Part shown: piece after piece, positions 36,811 through 50,195 of the stretch | Layout: each line of letters opens with the position of its first letter | Numbering within the stretch: the stretch's first letter is position 1 | Assembly (NCBI GenBank): GCA_013265495.1 | Contig: MU057560.1 | Location: 2,974,909-3,038,908 of the forward strand | DNA from: Vicugna vicugna | Lineage: Eukaryota | Direction: 5' to 3' | Length of the DNA: 64,000 bases | Position numbers and translations under genes: made by a program | Notes under the pieces: model-generated | Told to the model about the DNA's origin: nothing | The model's input: only the letters and a program-made list of their open reading frames with translations | Database searches by the model: none

Positions 36811-38481
36811 GTGCATAGACGGCCTGCATCTCAGTCTGTCTGTCTGGATGCCTGCAAGACTGAGCACAGGACTGTCGCAGGGCAAGCACTGAAGAAACCG
36901 TGGCCACTGAGGGCATGCGACCAACCTGCCCCAGCTCCTGTGGGGTGGACGCCAGTGAGAGGGAGGAAGTGGGCAGGCCTCTCCCCACCCAGCTGCCCCA
37001 GGAGGAGCGCCCGCTGCCCTGGGCCTCCCCGGATGGGTCCCTGTCTGCCTTCTGCTCCCTCTCAGGCTGCGACCACGGCCACTCGCCAAGCCATGCGTGT
37101 GGACGGAAGACACCGAGGCAGCCCAGCCATTTTCACTCAAGAGTGATAAACCCAGATTCCAGCCCAGGAGCCCGGTCCCAGCTGCAGACCAGCCGGGGCC
37201 CGCCGCCCCAGCTCTTCTCTTGTCCTTGGACACTCGACTCTCCCGCAGGGACAGCCTGCACCCCTCCTGCCCTCCCTGGGCCCCGGCGCCCCGCTTCTGC
37301 TGCCAGGGGGCAGGTCGGAGGGAACAGGAGGGGTGGCCAGGGCCCTCCTCCAGCTGTTGGCTTCTGTCTGACAAAAGCACACTGGAAACGCCCTCCTTCC
37401 CTGTACAACCTGAGAGGAACACCCACAGCCGCAGCTTCTCTGGGACCCGCAGGAGAGGAGAGGGCTCAGGGGACCCCCCTCCAGCACCTTGGACGACCTA
37501 GCTGTTTGACTGAACTCCAGAGTTCAGTATTTGTCGGGAAGCAGGAAGGAGGGAAAACGCAGACCCATCACCTGTCCCAGACTGCGACTCGCATGGGGCC
37601 TGCGAGAGCTGGCTCACAGCGGCGGGCCCACCGGGCTGAGGCCGCCACGGCCGCCCACAGCCCTGCCGGGGAGCACCCCCCAGGTGACGTTTGCAGACTC
37701 TCTCCTCCTGGGGCAGGCGCGTCCAGCTCCCCGTCTGCCCTGAGTCTGGGCACAGCCGGCAGAGGGGACACCAGCCCACCCAGCCTCCCCCGCGGCCTGG
37801 ACTGAGCGCCCCCTATCCGGTCTCCTAGACAGCGTCTCACCAGGTCTCTAAAGAGCCAAGCACGCAGGGCTCGAAGCGACACCCAGCCGCTTTTGGATTC
37901 TGCAAGTGGGAAGCCCGGCCCGGCCTCCAGGCCGCTGCTCGGGCCCCACTGCCTGGAACCAGGTTTCTGCAGGTGCCTCCCCAGCTGAGCCCGTGGCCCC
38001 CTCAAAGCTCAGCCGGAGTCTTGGCAGGGTGCAGTTCCTGGAGCTGCCAGGCCCCGGGCCCATGTTCTTGCTGCTCTTGGCTGGGGTGCCTCTCGGGGCT
38101 GCTCTCGTGGCCCCCTCTACCAGGCAGGCAGGCAGGCTCGCTGTGCCCGCCCAGGGCTGTTCTATGCACTGGCCCCGAATCGAAGGCGCGACCGCCCCAT
38201 CACACGCACCCCTCCTGCAGGACAGGCTTGACCCAGCGTGGGCACCACACAGGGACCCCCGGGTGGCCCCAAGCTCCGCCTCCCACAAGTATCCTGTTTT
38301 AGCCACAGGGCAGGGGTCTTTGGAGAAATAAATCTCTTACTACAGCCTCTGCCCTGAGAAGCTTAGCCGGCCGTGATTTTACAGGAAAGAGCAACATGCA
38401 GACAAAAAATTAACAATAGGAGCAAACAAGAGACTGAACTTTTCAGAGCTTTCCAGTCCAGAATGTGATGTAATCTCCATT

Positions 38482-38593
38482 ACACACACGGGCACACAGA
38501 CACACACGACAAACACAACACACATACAACACATGGACACACAGACACACAGACACACACAAACAACACACAACACACACACAGACACACACA
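38482..38593 (+). repeat. Imperfect (CA)n-rich compound microsatellite
   Basis: Direct reading (acacacacgggcacacagacacacac...cagacacacaca). Confidence 0.95.
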
Positions 38594-41500
38594 TGCGTGT
38601 GCGCAGCTGAGACCCTCTGGGTTTGCCGCCTCCAGTCACTCCTGAGCAGCACAACATCACCCTCAATTCATGAGCAAACAGGAGGTTTTCAGGAACACGG
38701 CAGTTTCTAAAATGTGACGGACGGTAATAGACACAAAGTCCGCCCATTTTCTGAGGCTGCGCTGACCCCGTCCTGCCCCGGCTGCGGACAAGAACCTGGT
38801 CTGGGGCCTAGGGCATCCGGGCGCCCGCATCCATCCAGGGGGTCCATCCTGGTGCGCGGGCAGCCCCAGAGGCCTCCTGGGCCTGTCCCATCTGGTCACC
38901 CGCCCACACCACTGGCCTGTGTTTTCCTGGGGCCGCCAGGCCTCTCCAGCCACTGGTCCCCAGCCTTCGACCGCGCCAGGCCTTCGGCCAAGGCGGTGGG
39001 GCTTCTCCCCTCTGCCGGGCTGCTCGCGGGCCGGAGGGGCGGGGGGCCTGTCACCCCCAGCGTGTCGGGGGCCTCCTCTCGGACCAGCAGCTCTCGGCTC
39101 TCTGTGCTCTTCCTTCCCCTTCCAGGGACTCTCCTTCCACACCCACGGCCTGTGCTCTGACTTCCTTCTGCCTCTGGCAGCTCCCAGTCTCGAAGCCTTT
39201 GAAACTCAAAGCCTCTTTCTGCTTTCAGCTCTAGCAATGGCTTCCTAAGGCGTAAATGCTCTGGGTCTAGCAAAACCAGTGGTGAAATTAAGAGGAAAAC
39301 AGAAATGCATCACTGAGAAGCGCTGACTCCCACTCACGAGTCCCTCACTGACCCCAGCCCCCCCCCACCAGGACGGCATTCGGGGGGGCGCCTCCTGTGG
39401 CCTGGCCTCCCCAACCCTGCAGTCCAGTCACGGGGGCCTCAGAAACGTGAGGGACAGAGAGGAGCCCCCTCGATGAGGGGGGAGCACCCTCCTCGCCCGC
39501 CCGGCGCGCTCACGGGAGACCCAGGCAGCTGGGAGTTGCTTCCCTATGCCCCTGAGCGGACAGCGAGGACCTCCTGCTTCCCGGCTCCTTCCTGCCCACA
39601 CTGTCCTGGGGACGTGTGTTGTGACCCTCCTGCTCTGGCCCTGTTCCTGTCTGAGAAATGCTGGAACGGGACTGTCTCCGACGGTGTGTCCCCGCCCAGC
39701 TGTGCTTGGAGGCAGCGCCTGCCCTGAGACTGCGTTGTGAGGTCACCCCTCCCGGCTCGGCGTCCTCCCTGGGCGCTGGCCCTGCTCCTGCGGCCTTCTG
39801 TCCAGGCCTGCCCCTGCCCTGCCTCGTCCTCCGTCCTGTCCCCTCTGAGCAGCGAGGAGTCGGAGGAAACACCCTGAGAACCGAGAGGCCGGAGCCCTGC
39901 GTGCTGGCCCCGCAGACGGTGTCACCTGGTGCATCGTCAGCCCCCGTGACGCTAGCGAGACGGGGTGAGACACCCCAGGGACCCCACAGGCCACCGAGAG
40001 TGCCCGCGAGGCCACCACGCCTGCACTGTACTTGGTCAGAGGCTTGGACGTGAGGACCGGTTTACCACGTCCGCCCACTGCTGTCAGCTCCTCCTTGAAC
40101 TCCCTCTGTGGGCAGACCCTCCCTCCAAACTAGAAAACGCTCGGGCCCCAGGGGGCAGGTTGCTTCCTCTGGAGACACCCCTTGGGGGCCTCCCGGCAGC
40201 CCCGCCCTGTCCTGCCCTGTCACAGAGCACGTGCTGGGCACCGCGGTCCTCTGTGCAGCCCCCTGGTCACCGCACGTCCGAGGCTGAAGCTCAGCCCCCA
40301 TGGCCAGCCCGGGGCTGACGGTTTAAAGAGGCTTGATTTCAGTTGATACAGTTGAAATGTGACCCCCACATGTGGCTGGGGGCTCCCACCTTTGCCAGCC
40401 CAGGTCTGAACTCCGTCCTGAACATCGCACAGACCCCCAGCCACACCCCGCTGCCCTCCTGAAGCCCTTACCAGGACCACTGCAGGAGCCCCTGGGTCTC
40501 CCTTGCTGGCAGGGGAGAGATGCCAGCAATCTGGTGGTAGCTGACCACCAGGACCCCAGACGCTCACAAAGGCCTAACTCACCATGATGCTGTCAAAACG
40601 CCCTTCACTGAGTGGGACACAAGCAGAAGAAACAAAGTGATTGGTTTCAATGCCTGCTGACTCTGCTGTCTTACCCACAGCCCCCTGCTAATTAACACTG
40701 ACAGCTGGGAGAGGCCCCGTCTGCCCTGAAGGCCCCGACGGCTGAGCACAGAGGCTCCTGCCCTGTGCTGCCCTCTCTGCAAGGCTCAGGGTGTGCTTTT
40801 GACACAGAACATATTTTGGGAGAAACAGGATATTTGGGGGAAAATCTCCAAATTCGTATCCTGGACTGAGAAGGGGCCTCAAGGACACCCGGTCACACTG
40901 AGTTAGGAGCAGATTGGATGAATAATCAGAGGTGGGAATTCCTTGGGGGCCAGAGGACACCCTGTGCCCCCAACACATCTGCCCGGGCCCCTCTTGGAAC
41001 CCTAATTCCCCAGGAAGCAGACACAAAACTGGCTGCTCCCGCGCGTGTGGCATGTCCTCTGGGTGTTAGTGCCGGTTTGTCAATGTCTGCAGACCCTGTC
41101 CAACACCCAGAGCCAGCTGGACACTCCACGGCGTCCGCACGTGGAGGGCGGCATCTGTGTGCCGTGCGGCGCGCTGCGCATTGTTACTGGGAGGGTCGCG
41201 ACGGCACAGGTGAAACGGAAACCAGTGAAGCGAACAAGGCATCGTGACAGCGAAACCCGCTGCAAACGGCTGTCGGCACCTGGACGTGTGTCCCTGGGAG
41301 GGGAGCGGTCACAGGCCCTTCACGTCGGGGCCCTTTGTTCCCGGTTCGCGGCCCACCCGGCTGTGAGCAGGCATCTGAGCAGCGCGTCCCCGCACACGCT
41401 GGGATTTCCTGTTCTCGCCGCGGACAGTCACACCACCAGGTCTTTTGACAGCCCCTGCCCACCGGGAACTCCTACTAATGTAGCCATTTTCAGCAGCGAT

Positions 41501-41890
41501 GTTCTCCTGGAGGAGGTCCCTGTTGGGTGGATGTCCTGATAAAGCCCTGGGCCTCCCGTCTCCTGCTGTCTCCTCCTGAAGCCCTAGCGGCGTGTGCCTG
41601 GAGCCCGCCCTGGAATTCCTGGTGCGCGGGTGCTGCCAGACGTCTGGGGCCCCTGGCGGGCGCGCTGGGCAGGCACGTTAACCATTCACTGCACGGGGTC
41701 TAGATTCTGTGGCCTGTCGCGTCCACGCTCAGAGACGTTTCCAAAGGGCCTCTGAGTCTCCACTTCAGAACTGCACTCTGGAGTGGGGTCGCTCCCCGGC
41801 AGCACCCGGTGCTTGGCCTTGTCCCCAGTCCCCGGACCAGCGCGGACCCCAGGCGCTCGGTGCCACGCGAAGCGAGCTTGGCACGCGCTG

Positions 41891-41904
41891 CCACTAGGTG
41901 GCAC
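41891..41904 (+). promoter_or_regulatory. CTCF core motif CCACTAGGTGGCAC (context tgCCACTAGGTGGCACtg)
   Basis: Exact fit to the CTCF core with favourable flanks. Same orientation as the 31167 site. Confidence 0.65.
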
Positions 41905-42184
41905 TGTGTCCTCGCTGGGGCTCTCGCCACCCACGCCCTGCCAGGCCGCTCTGCACACTTCCAAATTTGACCCGTGCTGGGATGCACTCACTGGATCGGA
42001 ATGGGAGGGACCGAGGACAGGCGTGTCTGCACAAAACGCACTGTTCCGTGGGCCTGTCTCCGTCTGTCTCCTAATTTAGTTCCTGACTCAGGCTGCACTC
42101 TCCCTCCTGAAACGGCACCGTTATTTGTCATTCCCAACTGGCAGTGCAGTTAGCTGGAAACTCAGACGAGCGACTTAAGACTGA

Positions 42185-42275
42185 AATCTGGCTCTGACCC
42201 TCAGCCCGGGTCTAGGGATCTGAGTTTTAATCTGCTTCCAGGTCATCCTGCTGCGTGTTCTGGTCTGGGCGCCAG
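42185..42275 (+). mobile_element. MER5-like hAT-Charlie remnant (weak)
   Basis: gggatctgagttttaatctgcttccaggtcatcctgctgcgtgttctggtctggg resembles MER5A gagaatttgcatttctaacaagttcccaggtgatgctgatgctgctggtccgggg. Confidence 0.35.
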
Positions 42276-43549
42276 CCGCCTAGTCACGCGTGAAACACCT
42301 GGCCCCTCACCCTGCCAGCCTCTGCATGGAGGCTTCCTTCTCGTTGCCGTCCACCCTCGCGCTGTCCTTAACCTCCTCTGACCACTTCCTGTTCAAGGGG
42401 GACAGCAGGGTGGGGAGTCACCCCAAGAGCACAGCATGCAATCTGCAAGTACCTGGAGCACCTGGCGGCACGCTGGGCCCAGGGATGATGCCCGGATGAT
42501 ACAAACAGGAGGCAGGTCCTCTGGGCTGGCGTCCCCGCTGCCCCTTCCCCTGTAAACCCGGAAGCTCCCTGAGCGGGCGTGGACCCCGGAGGTGCTGGAA
42601 AGCACGGCAGGTGCGGAGGCACCTTGGCACCGTCACCAGGTGCACCGTCTCGTCAGACCAACGGCTCGGAACTTCCTTGCAAGGAGCAGAGGAGACGTGT
42701 GTTGTGCAGAGATAACGTCTTCCCTAAACCACTGCTAAAATCTGCATCTGAAAAACGTGTTAGAAAACCTGTGCGAGGAGACGCCCGAGGCCTCCTGCCG
42801 GACTGTGCCAGCCGTTGCTCGTGGCCACGTGACCTGCACCAGCACTGGGCGTGCGGGTGTAGCTACGGCGAACCCCAACCCCGCGTCATGGCGTACGGAC
42901 GGGGTCCTGGCCCTGGAGATGCAGACGGAGCACCAAATTATACATAGAAACTTGACACGTGTGAAGGAACATGCACGTAGGGGCTCTCGCGCCACGTCTA
43001 TGAAGGGCCAGCGGGCCGCTGACGGAGGTGCAGGGGGACCATCCCGTGTGGCTCCTTGGGATGGCGGCCGGGTGGGGGGGCCACCAGGGGCAGGTGCGAG
43101 GACACCCAGGCTCAGACGCTCAGGCCCAGACTTTGTTCTCAACACATCCCCAGAGGGGAAGAAACGGGGAGGAGCCGTCCCACCGAGACGGGGGTCGGCC
43201 CCTTGTGCCCAGCCCACGCGCACTTGCAGACCCCCTGGCAGTGAACCGCTGACAAAGTCAGGAGACGCCTGGGGGTCTGGACCCTCCCTGCAAGGTGCCG
43301 GCACACGGTGCAGGCGCTCGGGGGAGGTGGGGGAGCTGAGGCTCCGTGTGGGGTCCCTCAGCTGACGGCAGTGGGACAGCTGGGGCCCCGGGCGCCAGGC
43401 TGGGAGTCTGGCGGGAGCTCATGACTCTGCCCTCTTTACTTCTGTCGTTGGAAATTAAGTTTTGAATCCAACCCTGTACAAGTTGGAAACTTTCTGCCAT
43501 AAAGCAAGATGATTACTCCGTAAGTGTCCCGGCAGCCCTGAAAGGCTGA

Positions 43550-43900
<351 letters not shown>

Positions 43901-46534
43901 TGACCCCTGACCAAGCCCACCGTTCCTGCCACGCCCCTCAGGAAGCAGCCACAGAGGGCCCTCTGGCCTGTGCAACGCCCACCCACTGGGGAGGAAGCAG
44001 CCTCCCCACGGCCGTCCCCCGACTGTGGCCCCATCCCCTCCCCTGTGCCCTGGGGGGCCTCCCAGGGGCTAAGCCAGGGTCCCTCGGGCTGCACGTAGCC
44101 CGCCCACCATTCCCCGCACTGTCACTTGGGGGCCAGGCCCCCTCCAGTCCACCAGCCAGTCCCTCCCTGCAGATGCCACGTGGGGCCACGAAGCTGCAGG
44201 GCCGGCTGTGGGGGCTGGAGGCCTCAGAGATCCCGCCAGCCACCCTCGGGGGCCACGTCTGTGAAGTCCCTGCTCACTAGGGTCTGTGTGTAAAAGCACG
44301 CCTGGTGCTTTCAGGGCCAGTCAGTGCAGAGCAAGTCTGAGTGTCCCCCAGCCACCCTCTTGCGAGGCCCCCCCTCCCCCCGTTTCAGCTCATCCCATAA
44401 ATCGGGGTCCTCTTCACGGTCTACTGGGCGCTGCGTTTTTCGAATGTTCGTGTTTTTCTGTTGAGGACGTCCCTGTTGAGGAGGCCGGAGCCAGGGCGAC
44501 AGCGCTGCCTGGTGTCCTGACTGAGGAGGCCGGGAGGGCGGGGCCGGAGGGAGGCAGCGTCCCGCTGTGGTCGTAGGGCTGTCGGCCAGGAGCTCAGTGG
44601 TCATGAATCGGCAGCATACGTTAGATAAGGCGTCCTTAACAGAAAGCCGGGTGCTGATCCACTGAAGACAGAGGCTCCCGGGGGCGTCCCCAGTGTGCCC
44701 CCAGGAGCCGAGGGCCAGCAGTCACCAGGGGTGTTTGCAGAGACTTCAGAGAACAGAACTCCACCAATGAGGAGCAAGCTTGGACCTCCCCTCCCGGCCC
44801 CTGGGAGGACTTCGTGAGGAAGGCGCTCCGGCAGAGCAGGCTTTCCCACGGACGGGGTGGCGCCGGGCTCTGGCCAAGGCACTGCCCTGATTTTGTGTCC
44901 CTCCAGGAGCCGAGTGCCAGAAAACAGGGGTCCCCCTGGAGCCGTCACAGCTCAGGCCCCCAGAACTGGGCGTCGGGTGGAGCCCAGGCCCCAGTCCTCC
45001 TACGTTCTGGGGCTGCCCCTCCCTGGTGGGCCCCCACGGGCCAGGACACAGCCCTGAGGAGCTCGCGGTCTGCGGGTGCGCGGGCCCCCGGCCTCGGCCT
45101 GGAGGCTCCTGCTGCTCGCTGGACGCTCATCTTCGGTCCTGAGGACAGCACGGGCAGCTCGGGGAGAAGCACTCTTAACCCGTCAGTCATCATTTACCAG
45201 GAAGACAGCCGGGTCTCCACCTCGAAGGCTCAGAGCCCAGTGTTCTGCGCCCACCTCTGCTCAGGGCAGGGCAGCTGCCGGAGCCGTGGGGACGAGCTGA
45301 CAGGCCCTCAGCGTCGGCCCGCATCTCCCATCAGTCCTCCAGCCAGCCCAGCGTGCGGAGCCGGTCCGAGACCCCGGGGCCACCAGCGCCACCTCCCGCT
45401 TGCTGACGAGGGCTGTGCTCATTGCCAGGAAGGAAACAACATTCCCTGAGCTCGTTCCAAAATGTTTAGCCTGACACCTCACCCCCAACACAACCCTGGC
45501 TCTGAAGCAAGAATCTCAGGCAAACTGATCTGAGTCTGTGCCAGTTTATGACTCATGGATGGAAGGCAGTGCAGGCCCAGAAAAGAAAGAAATCAAGACA
45601 GCAGGCCTCCACACCCGGCGGGACGGCCAGGGAGAGGGCCACTGCCCCGTTGCCATCTCTCAAACTGCCGTCTCTGTGCAAAGGGCAACAGAAATTCAGG
45701 GCCCTCCTTCTGTAACCGCCAGACATGGCAGTTGACCTGGAAGGACTGGTTCTCTCTTGGAAAAGTAGATGTAAGTTGGAAGAGCCAGCCCCCAGCCTTC
45801 ACCGTGGCTGGGCACCCGCACTGCCCTGGCTAGCAGGGCGCCCGCTGGGCGGCCGCTGGGGACGTGTGGCCATGGGGAACTCTAAGGAAATTTGTTTCCA
45901 GACCCTCAGATTCCACCTGACTGTCTCCGGAATCCGATGAACTGAGAATCAGTCTGTCATCTGCCAGCTGTTCCCCCACCTTCCCCACGGCCACCCAAGA
46001 AAGGCTGCCCCCCCACCAGTCCTGGACTCGCACATGTGCAGGCGCCTAACCAGGAACCACCCACGAAAGCTGGGCTTCTGAAGGCACGTCCGGGGAGAGC
46101 TTCAGGACGACATAGTGGAGCGGTGCTGAGCTCTTCAGTTCATCCAGGCAGAACCTCACATCTCCACCCACCCACTCATGCGTGCTTCCGCCCGTATCAT
46201 TGCTCCTAGAATAAAAATTAGGGACGGAAAGTTCGTCTTGGGGGGCCTCGCTGCTGCTCTGATTGGCTTCAAAGTGGTAGCGGCCTCTGTCAGAAGGCCG
46301 ATTTGACCTACAGGTTGTTTAGATAATAAATCTTGATTTGCCACTTAGTTTACAGTAGACTTTTTTCATAAGTTTTGTCAAACACCTGGTCCAAGGTTTT
46401 GATAGAAATATACTGAAATAACTCTGCAACATATAATTTCCTACAAATATACCTTTTTGGCAACTAATTTAAGTCACAATAAAAACCTTTAGATGATAAT
46501 TTCAGGACTTATGAGAGAGAGGCATGTCTTCTTT

Positions 46535-46600
46535 TTAATTCTTTAATTCAACAAGTATTGAAGCCCACTGCACTAGACCACGTACAAGATTTGGCTTTTC
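46535..46600 (-). mobile_element. L2 3' tail remnant
   Basis: ttcaacaagtattgaagcccactgcactagacc resembles the antisense L2 tail ttcaacaaatatttattgagcacctactatgtgccagg. Confidence 0.4.
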
Positions 46601-49600
46601 TTTTAAGTGTGTGTCAGCGGACACGACTGTCCTGGGTCAGCAGGACGACATGAGTCTGTGCTGCTTTCCGGCACACAGAGATACGCCCGCAGACACGAGC
46701 GCCCCGGTACTGTCTGGGTGCCCTAGAAGCAGGACTGTTGGCGTCTTCCGTGGCCCCCGTGTGGGGAACCTCGCTGCGGGGCGGGCATCTCACATAGCTC
46801 ACTCGTTTCTTACACCCACTGTGTAGGAGAGGGACCTGTTTGCAACGGAGGGATTTGAGGTTCCAAGGCATTAAGAAAATTGCTCATCACGGAACTCTCA
46901 AGTACCAGGATACGGATTTAGATTTGCCGCGTTTCAAAGCCTGGCACTAAACCCCAGGCTCCCGAAACCTCTCGTCAAGGCCATTCACAAATGCTTCCAG
47001 ACATAACGCAGTCTCTGTCCCCTGTTCAGACACGGTTTTCCATGAAAGTCAAACAGAACATAATTATTGTTGGACACGCTTTCCTCAAAATTCAAACCAG
47101 TGAAATGGCCCTCCACGGTCGCACCTGTATTCCAGAGACGCCAGCTTCTCTTCCCATGACTGTATCAAAATTCTTCTAAGTTCCCATTGGCCAGAATCTA
47201 GCCCCAAGACAAAGATGCTGGAGCTGGGGGCGTTCTGTGTGCCTTGCTGTGTATGAGAGACCATTGATGGAGCGCCTCTGACAAGCCAGTTGAGGGGACG
47301 TAGTTGGAGTGTTGAGGCATGCTGGCCTTTCCCATGGTTCTCTGGGGTTTATAACAGTGGAGTGATCTTCAGACTGCCAGCCCTGAAGTGGACTCTTTTG
47401 CCTACAATTCCACTCACTTCTCAAGGGAAACGTGAAGTCTTGGTGTTGGAAGCAGCTGTGTAGGGCATTTTTCACCCTTCCTACCATGAGTTATCTAAAA
47501 TCCAGTATTTTGAGCAGCTAGCTCTGGGGTCCGCAGCAGGTGGCCCCCGGGAAGAGCTACACCAGCTCCGTGTGCGAACCCTGGCCAGAGCGGTCTCTGT
47601 AAATGCCGTCAGGCTGCTCGTTGGCAGGTTCGCGTCACGTGCAGGTAGAACCTGGACGTTTTAGTTAGCACGTGGAAGGAGACTGCTCCTGGGGGTCTCC
47701 CTCGCCCGGCGTCTCCCCAGGGGGAGAAGGTCCGCCTGGGGAGCCGAGCCGCAGAGCACTAGGACGTGTAGCGGCGGCTCCAAGCCCAGCCTGCCCCCGA
47801 ACAAGGACCAGGACGCCTCGCGAGGCCGCTGGACCTCGGGACAGGAGAACCGGGGAGATGCTCTGTGCTTCCGAGAAGGGCGTGAGGCCCCTCCCTGCAC
47901 GTGGTTCGTCTTCAACAGCAACTGCGAGACACACCTGGAAAAAGGGAGGTTTTCAAATCATCCAAACTTAAAAAACTGAAGACCTGTGACATTCAGAGCA
48001 TGCTCAGAAATCTTCGTGGAAACTCACCTGGAAAACCCGACGGTCACAGCCCGAGGAGCGAGGGGTTGTGAGTGTTCCTGGTTTGCACGAGAGGTGCTCC
48101 CAGTGCGTTCGGACCGCTTGCAATGTAGCTGAGTGCTGGGACGCATCTTCGTGAAATAATAAATTGACTGCTGATTTGGTTGCTTTACAAATCAGGGTTC
48201 TCCTGCCCTGGGCAGTCTCACCTCGAAGTGCGTCTGAGCTGTTTCTGCAGAGGAATGGCCACACTGCCTGCCCCCGACAGGCACCTCCTGTGTGCCAAGC
48301 GTTAGGGACATTAACTCAGTCGGTTCCAGCGCCCAATTTTGGAAGGTTGCCCTAAAGGTCTAGTCACGTATGAAAAGGGGAAGCAAGCCACTGAACTGCA
48401 GTGCTGGTGGCTCCCCAGCGCCCCTCAGGCTGGGAGATCCAGGGACAGGATCCCTGCCTGCCTGGGAGGGGCAGAGCCGTGATCACATAAACTCGCACAC
48501 GGTGCGAATAAATAAACCAGTAATAAAGTAAACGGGGGGAGAGCAGCCCACACCTGGGAAGCTCCTGGCGGTATTTCTATCGCATCCTCGGCTGCTTTTC
48601 GGGTGCGTTTGGTAAATAGGGAGGCTTTGCAGTCGAGGTGCCAGCGGAGGACGCACCCTGGGGACCTGAGAGGCCGAGCAGAGCTCAGGGACGCAGAGGC
48701 GTGGCTCCTGGTGAGGCCACAGCCATCCCTCGGGTGGGGTGGTGGCCAGAGCAAGGCGGAGGCGGAGGGCAGCCCGTGTGCGGGGGAGGCCTGCTTCCAC
48801 ACCAGAGCGGGTCAGCAGGAGAAACGACTGGGAAGGAGGGCTGATTACGTGGGCAATTAGATTGAACACGATGGCACGCTCCTCCCGAGGGCTTTTGTGA
48901 GGACAGGGGACGTCATGGAAGAAATGCAACTCTGCAGAAGGCAGCTTACTCCTTCCAATCTTTTTTTCATTTCACTAAAATCGGCAATTAAGACCCAACC
49001 CCGCTGATCTCCCCAACTCTCTTTTCTTTGTCCCCTCGACGTCTCGTTGAGGGAGGACCCCGTTCACCAGTCTCTGGCTGTATTTCAGGGATGTCGGGGT
49101 CTTCCGCCTCGGGCGGACTGTACCCCTCTGTCTGCAAAGCTGGACCACAGTGCCTGCCCCCCAGGCCCCTGGGTGCCTGGGCTGCGTGTGTTTTCCTCCA
49201 GTTTTGAGTGCAGATCCCTGGCTGAGCTGTGTGAGTGGTGGGGGCAGCCACTCCGCACCCTTAGTGGCAGGAGTTCAGCCGTGGGGGACTGACTGCCAAC
49301 ACCAGGAGGATAGAGACCTTTCTGACCCCAGCAGCCACCGGCAGAGCCGGCCTTGAAAAGACCCCTTGTAAGCGCATGCTCTGCAGGTGCAGCTCCCCCA
49401 GGCCCTCGTGGGCTGCACACCCCTCAGGACGCCGCTCGGGCAGGATGTTCCAGCCAAGCTGGGCAACCCCGCAGGTCTGAACGAGGGGGTCGTTATTGGT
49501 CAGATATTCAGGGGGCCCTTCTGGGACCTGTTGTCTGTCGCTGCCCGACGCTCCCTCCCACGGGAGGTGGCTTTCTCAGCTCCCAGGAATCAGGGGTGTG

Positions 49601-50091
49601 GTTACATGTCTGTTGTCAGGTCACCTTCCCAACTCCTAGACTTGGTGAGGGCGGGGGCCCGCTGGCTCGTGTGCAGATGTGTCTGCAGAGCCGGGCTGAT
49701 TCTCAGAGTGATGGACGGGGGGGATAGAGACAGAGAGACCAGAGAGAGAGTGAACAAGGAGGCCACTCATGACCTGCACAAGGTAAGTCCGTGTCCAGGA
49801 CACAGCTGTGGCCGGAGCCAGAGGCCCTGGGTACCCATCCTAGGGAGAAGGACCCTTCTGGTTTGGGGTGGGGGTAGTCTGTGTGCCCTCCGTTAACTTC
49901 TTCGTTTTTAGGAGCCTTAATTGTAAGCAGGATGGTTGTAGGGACAGAAGACACACAGGCTGTGACGATGTTTTTAATCCCAGAGTACACTTGCCCAGCA
50001 AATTTGGTTCCAAGTCTAGAAGGAGCTGAGACAAGGCTCTGACTGCCCAGCCCCGCCTGCGGGCGGTCTGACTCGCGCTCCGTCGTTCCAG

Positions 50092-50195
50092 GCATCGAGA
50101 ACGATGAGGAGATCAAGCAGCTGGACGAGGAGATCAAGGAGCTGAATGAGTCCAACTCCCAGATGGAAGCCGACATGATCAAGCTCAGAACTCAG
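50092..50195 (+). CDS. MYT1L: MYT1L coding exon (about exon 23): (G)[34 protein letters not shown], start of the coiled coil
   Basis: Acceptor cgtcgttccag|G and donor CAG|gtaaca. 104 nt, phase 1-0. A second in-frame GT lies at 50202. Confidence 0.97.

Noticed and set aside
36900-37805. 301-aa plus-strand ORF inside intron 21
   Set aside because: No homology recognised and no convincing splice context; a GC-rich artefact.
38379-38747. Cys/Val-rich minus-strand ORFs
   Set aside because: Translation of the (CA)n/(TG)n microsatellite.
43079-43093. CTCF-like CCACCAGGGGCAG (also partial matches near 16410, 23340, 24670, 37810)
   Set aside because: Each misses or mismatches core positions, and such near-matches are common in GC-rich DNA.
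46860-47480. CpG-poor block considered as an ERV internal fragment or processed pseudogene
   Set aside because: No recognisable protein motif, poly-A tail or target-site duplication; left unassigned.
49703-50182. Ser-rich antisense ORF over exon 23
   Set aside because: Antisense shadow of the GC3-rich Glu/Lys coiled-coil codons.
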